From positions 105,241 to 169,240 of the forward strand of contig OY764332.1 of NCBI GenBank assembly GCA_963668425.1: a DNA stretch of 64,000 nt. Reading direction: 5' to 3'. The stretch is from Minisyncoccota bacterium. GTDB taxonomy: Bacteria > Patescibacteriota > Minisyncoccia > Phycocordibacterales > JABAAK01. A model generated the notes under the pieces. The model had not been told where the DNA came from. It did not search any database and was given only the letters and a program-made list of their open reading frames with translations. Numbering within the stretch: position 1 is the stretch's first letter; each line of letters opens with the position of its first letter. Both the position numbers and the translations under genes were made by a program. Below are positions 10,027 through 20,241 of this stretch, in pieces.

Positions 10027-10241
10027 ACTTTCTTTGTTTTAGTATAACACATTACCCATCATTGCTTATGGTGTCTGGTTGGTTATTTCTTTCAAACAGA
10101 AAGGCAGGTTTGTATAAAAAGAGTGCGATTGGTATCCATACTACACAGATTACAATACATGCAATCATCGCACGCCGCTTCTTTTTTTCGCTCTGCTCTT
10201 TTTGTCGTTGTAGAAACTCCTCAGGATGCATAGGTCTTTAC

Positions 10242-10889
10242 TTACGAAAAGATAATCACTTTTGTCTTCCCTTCTAATAGCTCTTTTTTCTTGAGCGTAT
10301 ACTTACCAGTCACCTCTTCACTATCGCCCATTTCTTTTGCTAGTTTCTTTTTTAGCGCCTCATTGTTACCAATTGGCACAATTCGTTGCGCCTGCGTTGT
10401 GACAGCAATGCCAGCAATGCCGATTGCATCTATCCGCTTATCTTCTGTTGTAGGAGAAAATGCAACGAGCATGTCAATGTCACCAATCTCAGATATCGTC
10501 TGTGCTACTTCTTTTTGTCCAACAACGTCGCCTAGCACCAGCACCCGAATACCTTCTGCATCTATACACCATGTTGTTGTCTGCACACGCACACCTTGTA
10601 CTACTGTTTCCGTGCTAAACCCTTTGATGTATATATTTTCTTTTTCATACTCACCAGCATTTTGAAATAGCTGCTGTTCCCTGCTGTCTGCTTTCAGTAC
10701 ATGCGCCCAGTCGCCGACTGGTACCGGATAGGTGGAGAGGATAATAGCAGGCGGTACCCCCTTGCTCTTTTCAGGAGGGTTAATGGCGACAACACCTTCA
10801 GAAAATTTTAAGGCAATACCAGTGATTGCTGTCTGATGGATTTCCATAGAGAGATGTTGGTAGTATACCATCAACATACCATACAACAT
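10242..10889 (-). CDS. hypothetical protein
   Basis: 215-aa ORF with no recognised motif. Confidence 0.4.
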   Translation of the reverse strand: MLYGMLMVYYQHLSMEIHQTAITGIALKFSEGVVAINPPEKSKGVPPAIILSTYPVPVGDWAHVLKADSREQQLFQNAGEYEKENIYIKGFSTETVVQGVRVQTTTWCIDAEGIRVLVLGDVVGQKEVAQTISEIGDIDMLVAFSPTTEDKRIDAIGIAGIAVTTQAQRIVPIGNNEALKKKLAKEMGDSEEVTGKYTLKKKELLEGKTKVIIFS

Positions 10890-11057
10890 TACACACCTTT
10901 CTACCTACACTATGCCAAATTTTTTGCTTCAGTACAACGTTGACAGATAGACACATCTCTTATTTTGTACATGAGACGCGCGAGGCAATCTTGCCGGCTG
11001 TATTATCGCAAACAAGATGTGATGCTTTTTTTTATAAAAAATACACGGTATACTATT

Positions 11058-11087
11058 CTTGACACTATGTCAGGTTTGACACTATTA
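11058..11087 (+). promoter_or_regulatory. rpsA promoter region with duplicated TTGACA motifs
   Basis: TTGACA at 11058-11063, 18-nt spacer, TATTAT at 11082-11087. A second TTGACACTAT copy lies at 11075. Confidence 0.4.
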
Positions 11088-11146
11088 TGATGTCAGGTCA
11101 GTATTGTATATAGTCAGTATATTATATTACAAAAATATATAACCAT

Positions 11147-12280
11147 ATGTCTACAGCAACTACAACAGAGGGCGCACAAATAAAAACACCCGAAACTTAT
11201 GCCGTTGGTGATGTGGTGGATGGAGTTGTTGTTGCCGTGGATCGGTCGGTTGTATATGTAGATCTCTCCCCGATTGGCACTGGCATTATTTACGGCAGAG
11301 AGTTTTCTGTCGCAAAGGATATTTTACGAAAGACGCATGTTGGTGATGCTATTTCTGCACAAATTATTGAATTAGAAACATCGGATGGTTATATTGATCT
11401 TTCACTCAAGGAGGCACGAAAGGCGTTTATTTGGAGTGAAGCGGAGGAGTCATTGCGCAATAAGCAGGTGTATGAGGTGGTTGTTAAAAATGCAAATCGT
11501 GGCGGGTTGGTTATAGAGTGGAATGGTGTTCGTGGTTTTCTACCTGCCTCACAACTCACTGAGGAAAAATATCCGAAGGTGTTGAGTCGAGATAAAGACA
11601 GTATCTTAAACGAGCTTAAAAAATTTGTGGATACAAAGATGATGGTAACTATAGAAAGCGTTGATCCCGATAATGACACTATTATTTTTTCAGAACATAA
11701 AGATGGCACAACAGGCAAAAAATCTACCGGAGAGTCAAAGCCGGCAAATGAGTATAACGTAGGTGACATTAAGAATGGTATTGTTACTGGCGTGGTTGAC
11801 TTCGGTGCTTTTGTTACTGTTGACAATGCTATTGAGGGCTTGGTGCATATCTCTGAAATGGATTGGGGATTGGTTGATGATCCGAGAAAATTCTGTACTG
11901 TTGGCAATCAGGTACAGGTAAAAATTATTGATATTGAAGATGATAAATATTCATTTTCATTTAAGGAATTGCATAAGAATCCGTGGGAGGAGATTCATGA
12001 GCGACACAAAGTCGGTGATATGGTCTCTGGCGTGGTGATTAAATATGGCGGATTTGGTGCATTTGCTTCAATCAAAGCTGGTGTGTCGGGCTTGGTGCAT
12101 ATTTCAAACTTCGCTGATGAAAGTGATTTGCGAAATTCGTTAGAAATTGGCAAAACATATGAATTTGTTATTACTAACCTTGAGCCAAGTGGGCAGAAAC
12201 TTACCTTAGTGCCTAAAGACCGTTATCAGCCAGAAGCAGCTCCTGCAGCACAGCAGGCATCGGAAGAAAAATCTGGATAA
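11147..12280 (+). CDS. rpsA: 30S ribosomal protein S1 (four S1 domains, short form)
   Basis: Repeated S1 domains, e.g. GDVVDGVVVAVDRSVVYVDL and GLVIEWNGVRGFLPASQL. Confidence 0.9.
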   Translation: MSTATTTEGAQIKTPETYAVGDVVDGVVVAVDRSVVYVDLSPIGTGIIYGREFSVAKDILRKTHVGDAISAQIIELETSDGYIDLSLKEARKAFIWSEAEESLRNKQVYEVVVKNANRGGLVIEWNGVRGFLPASQLTEEKYPKVLSRDKDSILNELKKFVDTKMMVTIESVDPDNDTIIFSEHKDGTTGKKSTGESKPANEYNVGDIKNGIVTGVVDFGAFVTVDNAIEGLVHISEMDWGLVDDPRKFCTVGNQVQVKIIDIEDDKYSFSFKELHKNPWEEIHERHKVGDMVSGVVIKYGGFGAFASIKAGVSGLVHISNFADESDLRNSLEIGKTYEFVITNLEPSGQKLTLVPKDRYQPEAAPAAQQASEEKSG

Positions 12281-12294
12281 TCCATACTGTGGTG

Positions 12295-12837
12295 TTATTT
12301 TTTGTTTTTGTGTAGCGCTGTCTGTGCCGGCAGTTGGTTGAGTATGATATTTGGTAGTGTGGTATGTACTGTGTGCGTGATACTATTCATGTCAGATGAT
12401 GGTATTTTCTTTAGTACATACTCTTTAAGGTCGCCGTTATCTTTTCCCACACCTATTCGTAGACGGAAAAATGCATTTGTGCTTAACGCATCAGCGACCG
12501 AGGCAACACCGTTGTGTCCCCCAGGACTTTTGTTGTATGATAAACGGATTGAACCGACTGGTAAGGCAACTTCATCGTGTACCACCACTAATCGCGTTGG
12601 ATCAATTTCCAGCAATGCATCTTGCATATCCCGTCCAGTTTCGTTCATGAAGCCATTAGACACCATACAGGCGACTCGGTGTGGGCCAAGCAGTAAGCAC
12701 CCTACCCTACCCTTTGCCACGGTATGCCATTTACCTCCATCCTCAGACACTAACCCTTCAATCAGGTCTTTGCCGATGTTGTGTCGCGTACCCCGATATT
12801 CCGGCGGATTACCCAAACCAAGAAACAAGAAGTCCAT
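12295..12837 (-). CDS. pth: peptidyl-tRNA hydrolase
   Basis: MDFLFLGLGNPPEYRGTRHNIG matches the Pth N-terminus. Start moved to ATG at 12837. TGTATACT lies 8 nt upstream. Confidence 0.85.
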   Translation of the reverse strand: MDFLFLGLGNPPEYRGTRHNIGKDLIEGLVSEDGGKWHTVAKGRVGCLLLGPHRVACMVSNGFMNETGRDMQDALLEIDPTRLVVVHDEVALPVGSIRLSYNKSPGGHNGVASVADALSTNAFFRLRIGVGKDNGDLKEYVLKKIPSSDMNSITHTVHTTLPNIILNQLPAQTALHKNKK

Positions 12838-13056
12838 ACAGTTTTTAGTATACATGTAACACATGGTTATAGTCACAGTGCTAACCATACTATATTCTTT
12901 GATACTTCAAATTAATCTGGCGAACACCTTGTTGGCAAACAGGAAGATGTATGATCTTATTTTTTGGTACGTGGGTGCACCTTAGGTAACGCAAAGTTGA
13001 CAGAAGTGGTGATTTGGGGTAATTGCTGTGATATACTGTTGATTGTTTACTGGTGT

Positions 13057-13707
13057 ATGAGTAATACGACACAACAAAACAATACCATCGTAGAAAAAAA
13101 AACGAGGCGCGGAAGCGTGGATATTGTCCAAATATCTGTTATGGTTGCCGGCATAGTATCCGCTCTTTTTGTCTGGTTTTTTGGTTTTCGCCCTTTTTTG
13201 GTGAATGGCATATCAATGTATCCGTCATTTAACGCCTCTTTTACTGATACAACCACATCTTCACTTATAGCTGGTGATTATCTTATTATTGATGCATTTT
13301 CTTATCGTTTTTTAGAAGATCCGAAGCGGCTTGATGTTATTGTCGCAAAGAGTCCGATAGAGCCAGGAAAACATCTTTTGAAACGAATAATAGGACTTCC
13401 AAATGAGCAAATCCGTTTTTCTGATACCACCATTGAAATCACCACTGCAGATAATACTTCTTTTGTTTTGCATGAGCCATATATCAACCAAGAGCAATCA
13501 CCGCTCTATAAAAATCAGACCATGCAACTTAGTGAAAATCAGTACTTTATCCTCGGAGATAATAGGATGAATAGTTTGGATTCCCGTGTGTGGGGTGCCC
13601 TGACAAAAGATCATATCATTGGTCGTGTTGTGTTGCGTCTGTACCCGTTTAATGAGTTGGCAACATTGCCGGGAGGCGTTGACCAGAATGCACGTAATGT
13701 GTTATAA
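13057..13707 (+). CDS. lepB: signal peptidase I
   Basis: SPase I boxes present: GISMYPSF, KRIIGLPNEQ, GDNRMNSLDSRVWG. Start placed at ATG 13057 before the TM segment. Confidence 0.85.
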   Translation: MSNTTQQNNTIVEKKTRRGSVDIVQISVMVAGIVSALFVWFFGFRPFLVNGISMYPSFNASFTDTTTSSLIAGDYLIIDAFSYRFLEDPKRLDVIVAKSPIEPGKHLLKRIIGLPNEQIRFSDTTIEITTADNTSFVLHEPYINQEQSPLYKNQTMQLSENQYFILGDNRMNSLDSRVWGALTKDHIIGRVVLRLYPFNELATLPGGVDQNARNVL

Positions 13708-13718
13708 TATATATTGTT

Positions 13719-14897
13719 ATGCGATCCTTTACCCTTACCCCTGAAAAATTCTTTGATAAGGCACATAAGATTGCCGGTCTCTACGGTTTTGGACCGATCA
13801 ATGAGGTGTTTAAGGGCTATAAGCACATGAAACGGATGAAAATTACACCCTGCAAAAAACTGGATGAAAAACATTTACAGCACCTTTCTCTCATACTACG
13901 GTTCTACTTTGAACGGTCGTTGCATACGCATGAATATGAGCCAATGTTTCTCTTTCACAGCAACATAGACAAAGATACTAAGTCAACAATTACCACATCA
14001 AAAAAACCTGGTGCCACTTACTTCTCTCTCACCGTTGTAGGTGTGCGTGATTCCTACGCCGAGGCACTCCTGCTCTCTTGCGCCAGTCATATATTCCGTT
14101 CACTTAAATCGGATACGTACCGTATTCGTATCAATTCAATGGGTACCGTTGATGATTCAAAGTTGTATTTTTCAAAATTGTCAAAAACTTTGAGGAAGGT
14201 GCGAAAAAATATACACCCTGACTGTCAAAAACTTCTCAATAATGAAAAGTTGTGCGAAGCGCATTCTTTACTGCATCATGGCGAACACACCGGTGTTGCC
14301 GAATATATCACACCAACATTGCGATTGCTTTCAGAGAAGGCACGGCAACATTTTGAGCGGGTTATAGAGTACCTTGAGGCGCATCAGCTACCGTATGAAC
14401 TCGCACCTGATATTGTTGAATTGACCCGATACGGTATTCACACCGCCTTTGAGATTGATGACGAACAAACACCCTTGTATGCCCGTGGCGCTCGATATGA
14501 TACGTTGCCTTACCATCTCTATCGCCGTAAGATACCTGCAACCTCAATCACTATTACACTTCCTGAAAAAGCAACGGGTACTCATCAACTGAAATCTCGG
14601 TCAAGGAGGCCACGAGCATTCTTTTTTCATACCGGTGAAACAGCTCGCTTGCGTTCTTTGAGAGTTATTTCTCAGTTATATGATGCGAATATACCAGTGG
14701 CACATCGCCTCCACTATACTAGAGTTGCTGATCAACTCAACGATGAGGCACGATCTTACCCGTATACTATTGTTTTTGGACAAGAAGAAGCCGAAAATAA
14801 TGTTATTTGTATCCGTAAAAGCGATACAAAGGCCTTCAGAATGGTGAATTTGACTGAGGAAGCCCTTCAATCAGCCAGAGAATTCCTTAAAAAATAA
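13719..14897 (+). CDS. histidyl-tRNA synthetase-like protein (class II HisS/HisZ family) with degenerate motif 2
   Basis: GARYD resembles HisRS GGRYD. The C-terminal anticodon-binding-like region is FGQEEAENNVICIRK. The motif-2 arginine cluster (RxERPQxGRxRxFxQ) is not recognisable. Confidence 0.5.
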   Translation: MRSFTLTPEKFFDKAHKIAGLYGFGPINEVFKGYKHMKRMKITPCKKLDEKHLQHLSLILRFYFERSLHTHEYEPMFLFHSNIDKDTKSTITTSKKPGATYFSLTVVGVRDSYAEALLLSCASHIFRSLKSDTYRIRINSMGTVDDSKLYFSKLSKTLRKVRKNIHPDCQKLLNNEKLCEAHSLLHHGEHTGVAEYITPTLRLLSEKARQHFERVIEYLEAHQLPYELAPDIVELTRYGIHTAFEIDDEQTPLYARGARYDTLPYHLYRRKIPATSITITLPEKATGTHQLKSRSRRPRAFFFHTGETARLRSLRVISQLYDANIPVAHRLHYTRVADQLNDEARSYPYTIVFGQEEAENNVICIRKSDTKAFRMVNLTEEALQSAREFLKK

Positions 14898-14947
14898 GAT
14901 CTTTTAGTGTGTGGAGCCACTGGCTATGAGTAGTTGTAGCCGAAAAA

Positions 14948-14985
14948 CCCCTTTATCTTAAGGGGTTTTTGTTGTTTTGGGGCGA
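14948..14985 (+). terminator. intrinsic terminator after the HisRS-like gene
   Basis: CCCCTT-tatctt-AAGGGG followed by TTTTTGTTGTTTT. Confidence 0.65.
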
Positions 14986-15109
14986 CTTTGAAACTTGCAT
15001 TATTTGTTGTTTTATGGTATAGTACGTGTAGTATACTCTGTGGTAGGGGGCATGTTGCCTCCCTCACAGATGGACATTACACAAACTTAATTACATTAAG
15101 GGAGACGAA

Positions 15110-16963
15110 ATGGATATCAAAAGAATTGTTAGTATTGGTTGGCTTGCTGCTATTGCGGTAGCCGCATTATTTCTCTTTAATTACAGCCCGATGGAACCAG
15201 TTATGGGTCCGGCTAATCCGACAACGCCCGCAGTGGTACTGCCTCAAGTACAAACACCTGATACGGTGGTGGTACCTGAAGTGCAAATCCCTGGCGTGGT
15301 TCCGTTGCTTTCAGCACCTGATGTGGTGCTCAATCAAGCGGCAATTGACGCCGCAAAGAGTTCCGCACTGTACACCCAGATACTTGTAGCGCTCGTGTTA
15401 CTTTTGGGTAGTGCGGGACTTGTGATTGCCCGCGGGTATGAGAGCCCAGGTCCCAAAGCTGTTGCTGTAGGGGGGGGAGCCGCGTCACTTGCTGTGGCAG
15501 CGGTGATGTTCAGCCAGGACTGGATACCCTCTGAGGTACTCCCGTCGGGACTTGCACTTCTCGCCATTGCCGCAGCAACGACAGGGCCTGTCCTGCAACT
15601 CATGGCACCAGATCAAAAGGTGTTGGATGAGTTGGATGAAGCCGAGGAAGAGGCTGAAGGACTTGAAGCAGATCTTGAATCTGCCGAAGAAGAGATCGAA
15701 AAATCTCTAAAGGTCGTAGAAGGGCTGAAGAAAGGTCTTGAAACTGCCAAGGCGGAAGCCAAGGCGGTTGGCGGCAAAGTTGCTGACGCAGAAAAGAGCG
15801 CCCAACAGGCGGTCGAGCGCGCAGATGTTGCTGAGAAAGCCGCCGCTGAGGCAGTGGAAGCACGGCATACTGCTGAGTCCGCGCAAGCGACTGCTGAAGC
15901 AGAAGCCACCACACTCCGTGGACATGCGGAACGCGCGGAAGCAAACTCTGCTGACTTACAGGTTCGCCTCAGCTCTTTTGAAGAGCGTAAAGTAGCGGAT
16001 CAGGAAGCTTTGAATCTCTCTGTTGCAGAGGAAGATCTTGCTGTTGCAAAGCAGCGAGTAACCTCGATCCAAAACGACCTACAGGTCGCAGAGGCAGAGC
16101 AGCAGCGCTTGCACACTGCGCATAGCGATGCAGTTAGTGCAGCTGATACTGCTTGGACCGCTGTTGAGGAAGCCGCAAAGGCCGCTCTTAAAACAGAGGC
16201 AACGCTTGTCGAGGCAAGTAAGGCGTCTGACGCGGCAGCGGAAGCCGTCGCCAATGGCGTCAAGATTCTTGACTCTGACGGTCTCGCACAGCAACTCGCT
16301 GATGCTGATGTGGAACATGGCAAAGCGGCAGACGCACTTACTCATCTCAACTCTGAGGCACGTAACGCTGACATTACTATCGGACGTCTTGCTTCTGAGT
16401 TTGAAGTTGCTAAAGCAAAGGTTGCTGATGTAACTGTAAACCTTGAAACAGCGAAGAGTAACCTTGATGTGGCGAAGGTTTCTGTTGACGAGGTGGCCAA
16501 AGTCGCTGAGGCGGCAGAGATTGAAGCAGTCGCCGCCAAACGTCGCTTCGCCGCACTCGTTGCTGCCGAACAGCAGAGTGCTGAACTGGCAACACAGGTT
16601 GCTAGTGAGCGAGCAGAGAAGGAAGCACTTGTCGCTCAGAACACTGAACTGAAAGACGCAGTGAAGGATGCCTTACGTGCATCTGGCTGTACGCTTTCAC
16701 TTGACAGGTTTGCTGCTGACGAAGACGTCGCTCGTTACCGAGCCGAGCTTCGTATGGCACAACCAAATGAGATCACCTTCGGAGTTCATATTGAAGACGA
16801 TGAAGGTGAAGAGGTACTTTTCCGAACAATTCCGGCTGGTCAAAAGTACTCGGAGGGTTTTGATGTGGATCGCGGCTACAATGCCAAAATTCGTGTCTTG
16901 CCCCCAGGGCAGACCGCGGATGCCCTCGGCACCTCCGAAATTGTTCCTTACTTGGTGGCATAG
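15110..16963 (+). CDS. membrane-anchored Ala/Glu-rich coiled-coil protein
   Basis: 617 aa with N-terminal hydrophobic segments and then a long low-complexity A/E/K coiled-coil. The many overlapping antisense ORFs in this higher-GC stretch are rejected. Confidence 0.55.
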   Translation: MDIKRIVSIGWLAAIAVAALFLFNYSPMEPVMGPANPTTPAVVLPQVQTPDTVVVPEVQIPGVVPLLSAPDVVLNQAAIDAAKSSALYTQILVALVLLLGSAGLVIARGYESPGPKAVAVGGGAASLAVAAVMFSQDWIPSEVLPSGLALLAIAAATTGPVLQLMAPDQKVLDELDEAEEEAEGLEADLESAEEEIEKSLKVVEGLKKGLETAKAEAKAVGGKVADAEKSAQQAVERADVAEKAAAEAVEARHTAESAQATAEAEATTLRGHAERAEANSADLQVRLSSFEERKVADQEALNLSVAEEDLAVAKQRVTSIQNDLQVAEAEQQRLHTAHSDAVSAADTAWTAVEEAAKAALKTEATLVEASKASDAAAEAVANGVKILDSDGLAQQLADADVEHGKAADALTHLNSEARNADITIGRLASEFEVAKAKVADVTVNLETAKSNLDVAKVSVDEVAKVAEAAEIEAVAAKRRFAALVAAEQQSAELATQVASERAEKEALVAQNTELKDAVKDALRASGCTLSLDRFAADEDVARYRAELRMAQPNEITFGVHIEDDEGEEVLFRTIPAGQKYSEGFDVDRGYNAKIRVLPPGQTADALGTSEIVPYLVA

Positions 16964-17063
16964 CCACCCTTACCATAGAGGACACTATACGTATGATGTT
17001 ATATATCATAGTATACGTGTCCTCTTTTTCTATACCTACTTTTTCTGCTATACTGTATGCACT

Positions 17064-17303
17064 ATGGCAGATAGTATTATAATGACAAAGCATGATAATG
17101 AAGGGGCGGCATCATTGTATCGCCGCTTTGTGAAGCATTTTCGATCATCGGGTATTCAATCCTCAGCAAAGCAAAAGCGATTTCACGGGCGAAAATTATC
17201 AAAAAATATCAAAAGAAAAGATTGCATTAATCGTCTGACTAAAAAAGAGGTGTATGAAAAAGCGTACCGTGAAGGAAAAATACCAGCTGCACGTGGGAAG
17301 TAG
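17064..17303 (+). CDS. rpsU: 30S ribosomal protein S21
   Basis: LYRRFVKHFRSSGIQSSAKQKRFHGRKLSKNIKRKD...EVYEK resembles S21 [26 protein letters not shown]. It is the 3' part of track ORF 16668..17303, restarted at ATG 17064. Confidence 0.75.
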   Translation: MADSIIMTKHDNEGAASLYRRFVKHFRSSGIQSSAKQKRFHGRKLSKNIKRKDCINRLTKKEVYEKAYREGKIPAARGK

Positions 17304-17310
17304 CCCTCCA

Positions 17311-17694
17311 ATGGCACACACGTTACATATTTTTAACGAGACAAAGGTTCAAGTGCCACGAACAGTTATGACCACTATCTATACCGACCTTCTTCAAAAA
17401 ATTTGCTCACTCAATGTTATTTGCATTGGTGATGCATTTTCACAAAAACTAAATAAAACGCACCGCGGGAAAGATACTCCGTCAAATATTCTTACCTTTC
17501 CACCAAATGATGATACTGTTGCTGAGATATACATAAATACTACTATGGCGAAGAAAACGGCGAAAAAGCATTGTATTTCGGTAAAAAAACAATTTCTTTT
17601 TCTCTATATCCACGGCATATTACACCTTCTCGGACATTGCCACGGCACGGACATGGAGATACTTGAGGATAGGTATATTACAATGTACACATAA
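17311..17694 (+). CDS. ybeY: rRNA maturation endoribonuclease YbeY
   Basis: HGILHLLGHCHGTD matches the YbeY H3xH5xH zinc motif. Confidence 0.8.
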   Translation: MAHTLHIFNETKVQVPRTVMTTIYTDLLQKICSLNVICIGDAFSQKLNKTHRGKDTPSNILTFPPNDDTVAEIYINTTMAKKTAKKHCISVKKQFLFLYIHGILHLLGHCHGTDMEILEDRYITMYT

Positions 17695-17707
17695 CCAAGA
17701 ACATTGT

Positions 17708-18913
17708 ATGAAGCAACGAGAAAGAAACATCGTCGCGATGGATGTGGGGAATATGCATATAAAAGTGCTGGTTGGTTCGTACAATGAGCCGGTGCGGACG
17801 TCTAAGCCATTCTTTGAATTGCAGGGTGCAATGATGCCTGTGAAAGGTGTGTCAAGGCAGGGTGTCATCACCCACAAAAAAAATCTCGTATATACGATGC
17901 GTAGAACCCTTGATGCCCTATCATCTTTTTCAGGGTATGATGTTGATGAAATCTTGCTAACATATACTCACCCAAACATTTCTTTTTTCAAAAAAACAAT
18001 TGGCTTGCAGGATATACAAAATAAGAGTGGCGGTATATATATCACAGAGCAATGGCTGGATGCACAGAAAGAAAAAATACAAGAACGCATACGCCAAACA
18101 CATCAACATAAAAAATGCGCCTATTTTGCAATTGTTTCACTTGTTGCAGATGGTGAAGAGGTTCTCTATGATCCGTATGAGTTTACTGCTATAAAATCAC
18201 TCTATCTGACGTACATATATCTCTTAGCACCGGCTGCATTTTTAGGCACACTCTTAGAAAGCGCTGAACATGTTGCGGCAATTCGCTCAGTACAACCGGC
18301 AGCAATCGTTAATGGCACATTGCTGTCAGACAGACAAAAAGAACAAGGTATTGTCATGTGTGATGTTGGCACTGAATTCACTAATGTAACGGTATACAAA
18401 GACGGTATGCCGATAGGTGTGTGTGTTATACCTTTTGGTGGCAGTACCATCACTAATGCGATAGCACTACTAAAAAAGATCTCACCGGAAGAAGCAGAGC
18501 AACAAAAGATGATGCTTGCTGATGAAGAACCACCACTCAAAAAACAGGACCTGCAACGAATCAATAAAAAAATTACACTTGCTTTGAAAAAATATCTCCT
18601 TCCTTATTTAAAAGGGATAGATACGCAAAAGGATTTTCCTGGTGGCATCATGCTGTTGGGCAAAGGATCGTTGTACCCAGATATGGAAGTGCTTGTAGAA
18701 AAAGCAATCGGACTTCATTCGTTTTATGCAAAAACACCATATCACATCCAGAGTCAACAGCATGCTCACCAAACGACGTGGCACACTTCGTATGCAACGC
18801 TCTGCAGTGTGATTACTCGGCAGGACTATGGTGCTGCTATACAGTATGAAAAACCATCTTTCTTAGAAAGAATTATGGGCTATCTTCATGCAATAACAAA
18901 GATACTGCGGTAA
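17708..18913 (+). CDS. ftsA: cell division protein FtsA
   Basis: Actin-fold ATPase, AMDVGNMHIKVLVGS, immediately upstream of ftsZ. Confidence 0.8.
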   Translation: MKQRERNIVAMDVGNMHIKVLVGSYNEPVRTSKPFFELQGAMMPVKGVSRQGVITHKKNLVYTMRRTLDALSSFSGYDVDEILLTYTHPNISFFKKTIGLQDIQNKSGGIYITEQWLDAQKEKIQERIRQTHQHKKCAYFAIVSLVADGEEVLYDPYEFTAIKSLYLTYIYLLAPAAFLGTLLESAEHVAAIRSVQPAAIVNGTLLSDRQKEQGIVMCDVGTEFTNVTVYKDGMPIGVCVIPFGGSTITNAIALLKKISPEEAEQQKMMLADEEPPLKKQDLQRINKKITLALKKYLLPYLKGIDTQKDFPGGIMLLGKGSLYPDMEVLVEKAIGLHSFYAKTPYHIQSQQHAHQTTWHTSYATLCSVITRQDYGAAIQYEKPSFLERIMGYLHAITKILR

Positions 18914-18969
18914 CAAAAATAAGGTGATTTGATGTTTTTAGTGCGTATGGTGTATAGTAATAGTACGAT

Positions 18970-20241
18970 ATGAAAAAAGTGACTCCACCAGAAAGTGAAA
19001 CCTTTGCTAGAATTCGTGTTATCGGTATTGGTGGTTCAGGGAAAAATGCAACAAATCATATGATTAAGGTCGGCATACCTGGCGTTGAGTTCATTGTTGC
19101 AAATACTGATTCACAAGATTTGCAACAATCAAAAGCGGAGCGAAAGGTGCATCTCGGCAAACGCTCAACACAAGGACTTGGTACTGGCATGAACCCGATG
19201 CTCGGCAGAACATCGGCGGAAGAATCGATCTCTGAAATTACTGAGGTCATCAAGGGTGCAGATATGATTTTTATTGCCTGTGGTATGGGAGGTGGCACTG
19301 GTACTGGAGCGGCGCCGGTTGTCGCAAAGGCCGCTCAGGATTTAGGGATTTTAACTGTCTCGGTTGTTACTAAACCGTTTACCTTTGAAGGTGGCAAACG
19401 GAAGCAGATTGCTGAAGAAGGGCTCCTTGAATTGGCACAGATCACTGATGCGATGGTAACGATACCGAATGACAATATTCTCTCTATTGCTGATGATGAT
19501 ACCACCATGGCGGACGCATTTACGCTCAGCGATGAGATTTTGTCACAGGCAGTTAATGGTATCGCTCAGTTAATTATGAGGCCAGGAGATATTAACATTG
19601 ACTTTGCTGACATTCGTACCATTCTTGAAGATTCCGGAGCTGCGCTACTCGGTCTTGGGTCTGGACGAGGTGTCAATAAGGCAGAAATAGCAGTTGCTAG
19701 GGTCATCTCTTCCCCACTGTTGGAGGTTTCCATTAATGGTGCACAACGTGCTTTGTTTTCAATTGCATCGCGCACTCGATCAGAAGTATCTATGCGAGAA
19801 GTTCAAACTATCGCTGAGCAGATTTCAGAGGCCGTTGATCCGAATGCAAAAATTATTTTCGGTACTTCTACGGATAAGGATATGAAGCAGGGAGAATTGC
19901 GTATCACTTTGATAGCGACTGATTTTAAAAAGTCCCAACCCGAACCTGAAGCAGAGAGCGCTTCTGGTGTGGTAGCAAATGCAGAGCAAATCACACCCCC
20001 TGCACAACCACCGGCTCCAGTTCCTGCGCCATCAAAAAAAGTGGTATCAATACAAACTCCTTCTTCCGAAAGATTGAAGCCAGCTGCTGCGCGCTTGGAT
20101 GGGTACACTGCACCAGATGAAGCAGATGTGTTTGATGTAGATGCCTCGGATGATGCTATACTGCTTGATGATGAGTATGTGATGAGTGATGAGCAGGATA
20201 ATAAAAAAACAGGATGGAGAAAACTGTGGAGCAAGCATTAG
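18970..20241 (+). CDS. ftsZ: cell division GTPase FtsZ
   Basis: IRVIGIGGSGKNATNHM and the tubulin signature GGGTGTGAAPV. Confidence 0.95.
   Translation: MKKVTPPESETFARIRVIGIGGSGKNATNHMIKVGIPGVEFIVANTDSQDLQQSKAERKVHLGKRSTQGLGTGMNPMLGRTSAEESISEITEVIKGADMIFIACGMGGGTGTGAAPVVAKAAQDLGILTVSVVTKPFTFEGGKRKQIAEEGLLELAQITDAMVTIPNDNILSIADDDTTMADAFTLSDEILSQAVNGIAQLIMRPGDINIDFADIRTILEDSGAALLGLGSGRGVNKAEIAVARVISSPLLEVSINGAQRALFSIASRTRSEVSMREVQTIAEQISEAVDPNAKIIFGTSTDKDMKQGELRITLIATDFKKSQPEPEAESASGVVANAEQITPPAQPPAPVPAPSKKVVSIQTPSSERLKPAAARLDGYTAPDEADVFDVDASDDAILLDDEYVMSDEQDNKKTGWRKLWSKH

Noticed and set aside
15334-16595. Numerous ORFs of 60-114 aa on both strands inside the 15110..16963 gene (e.g. 15600..15944, 16000..16323, 16128..16433)
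   Set aside because: They overlap a long, well-supported Ala/Glu-rich coiled-coil ORF in a locally GC- and GCN-rich region. Low-complexity antisense or alternate-frame ORFs are expected there.
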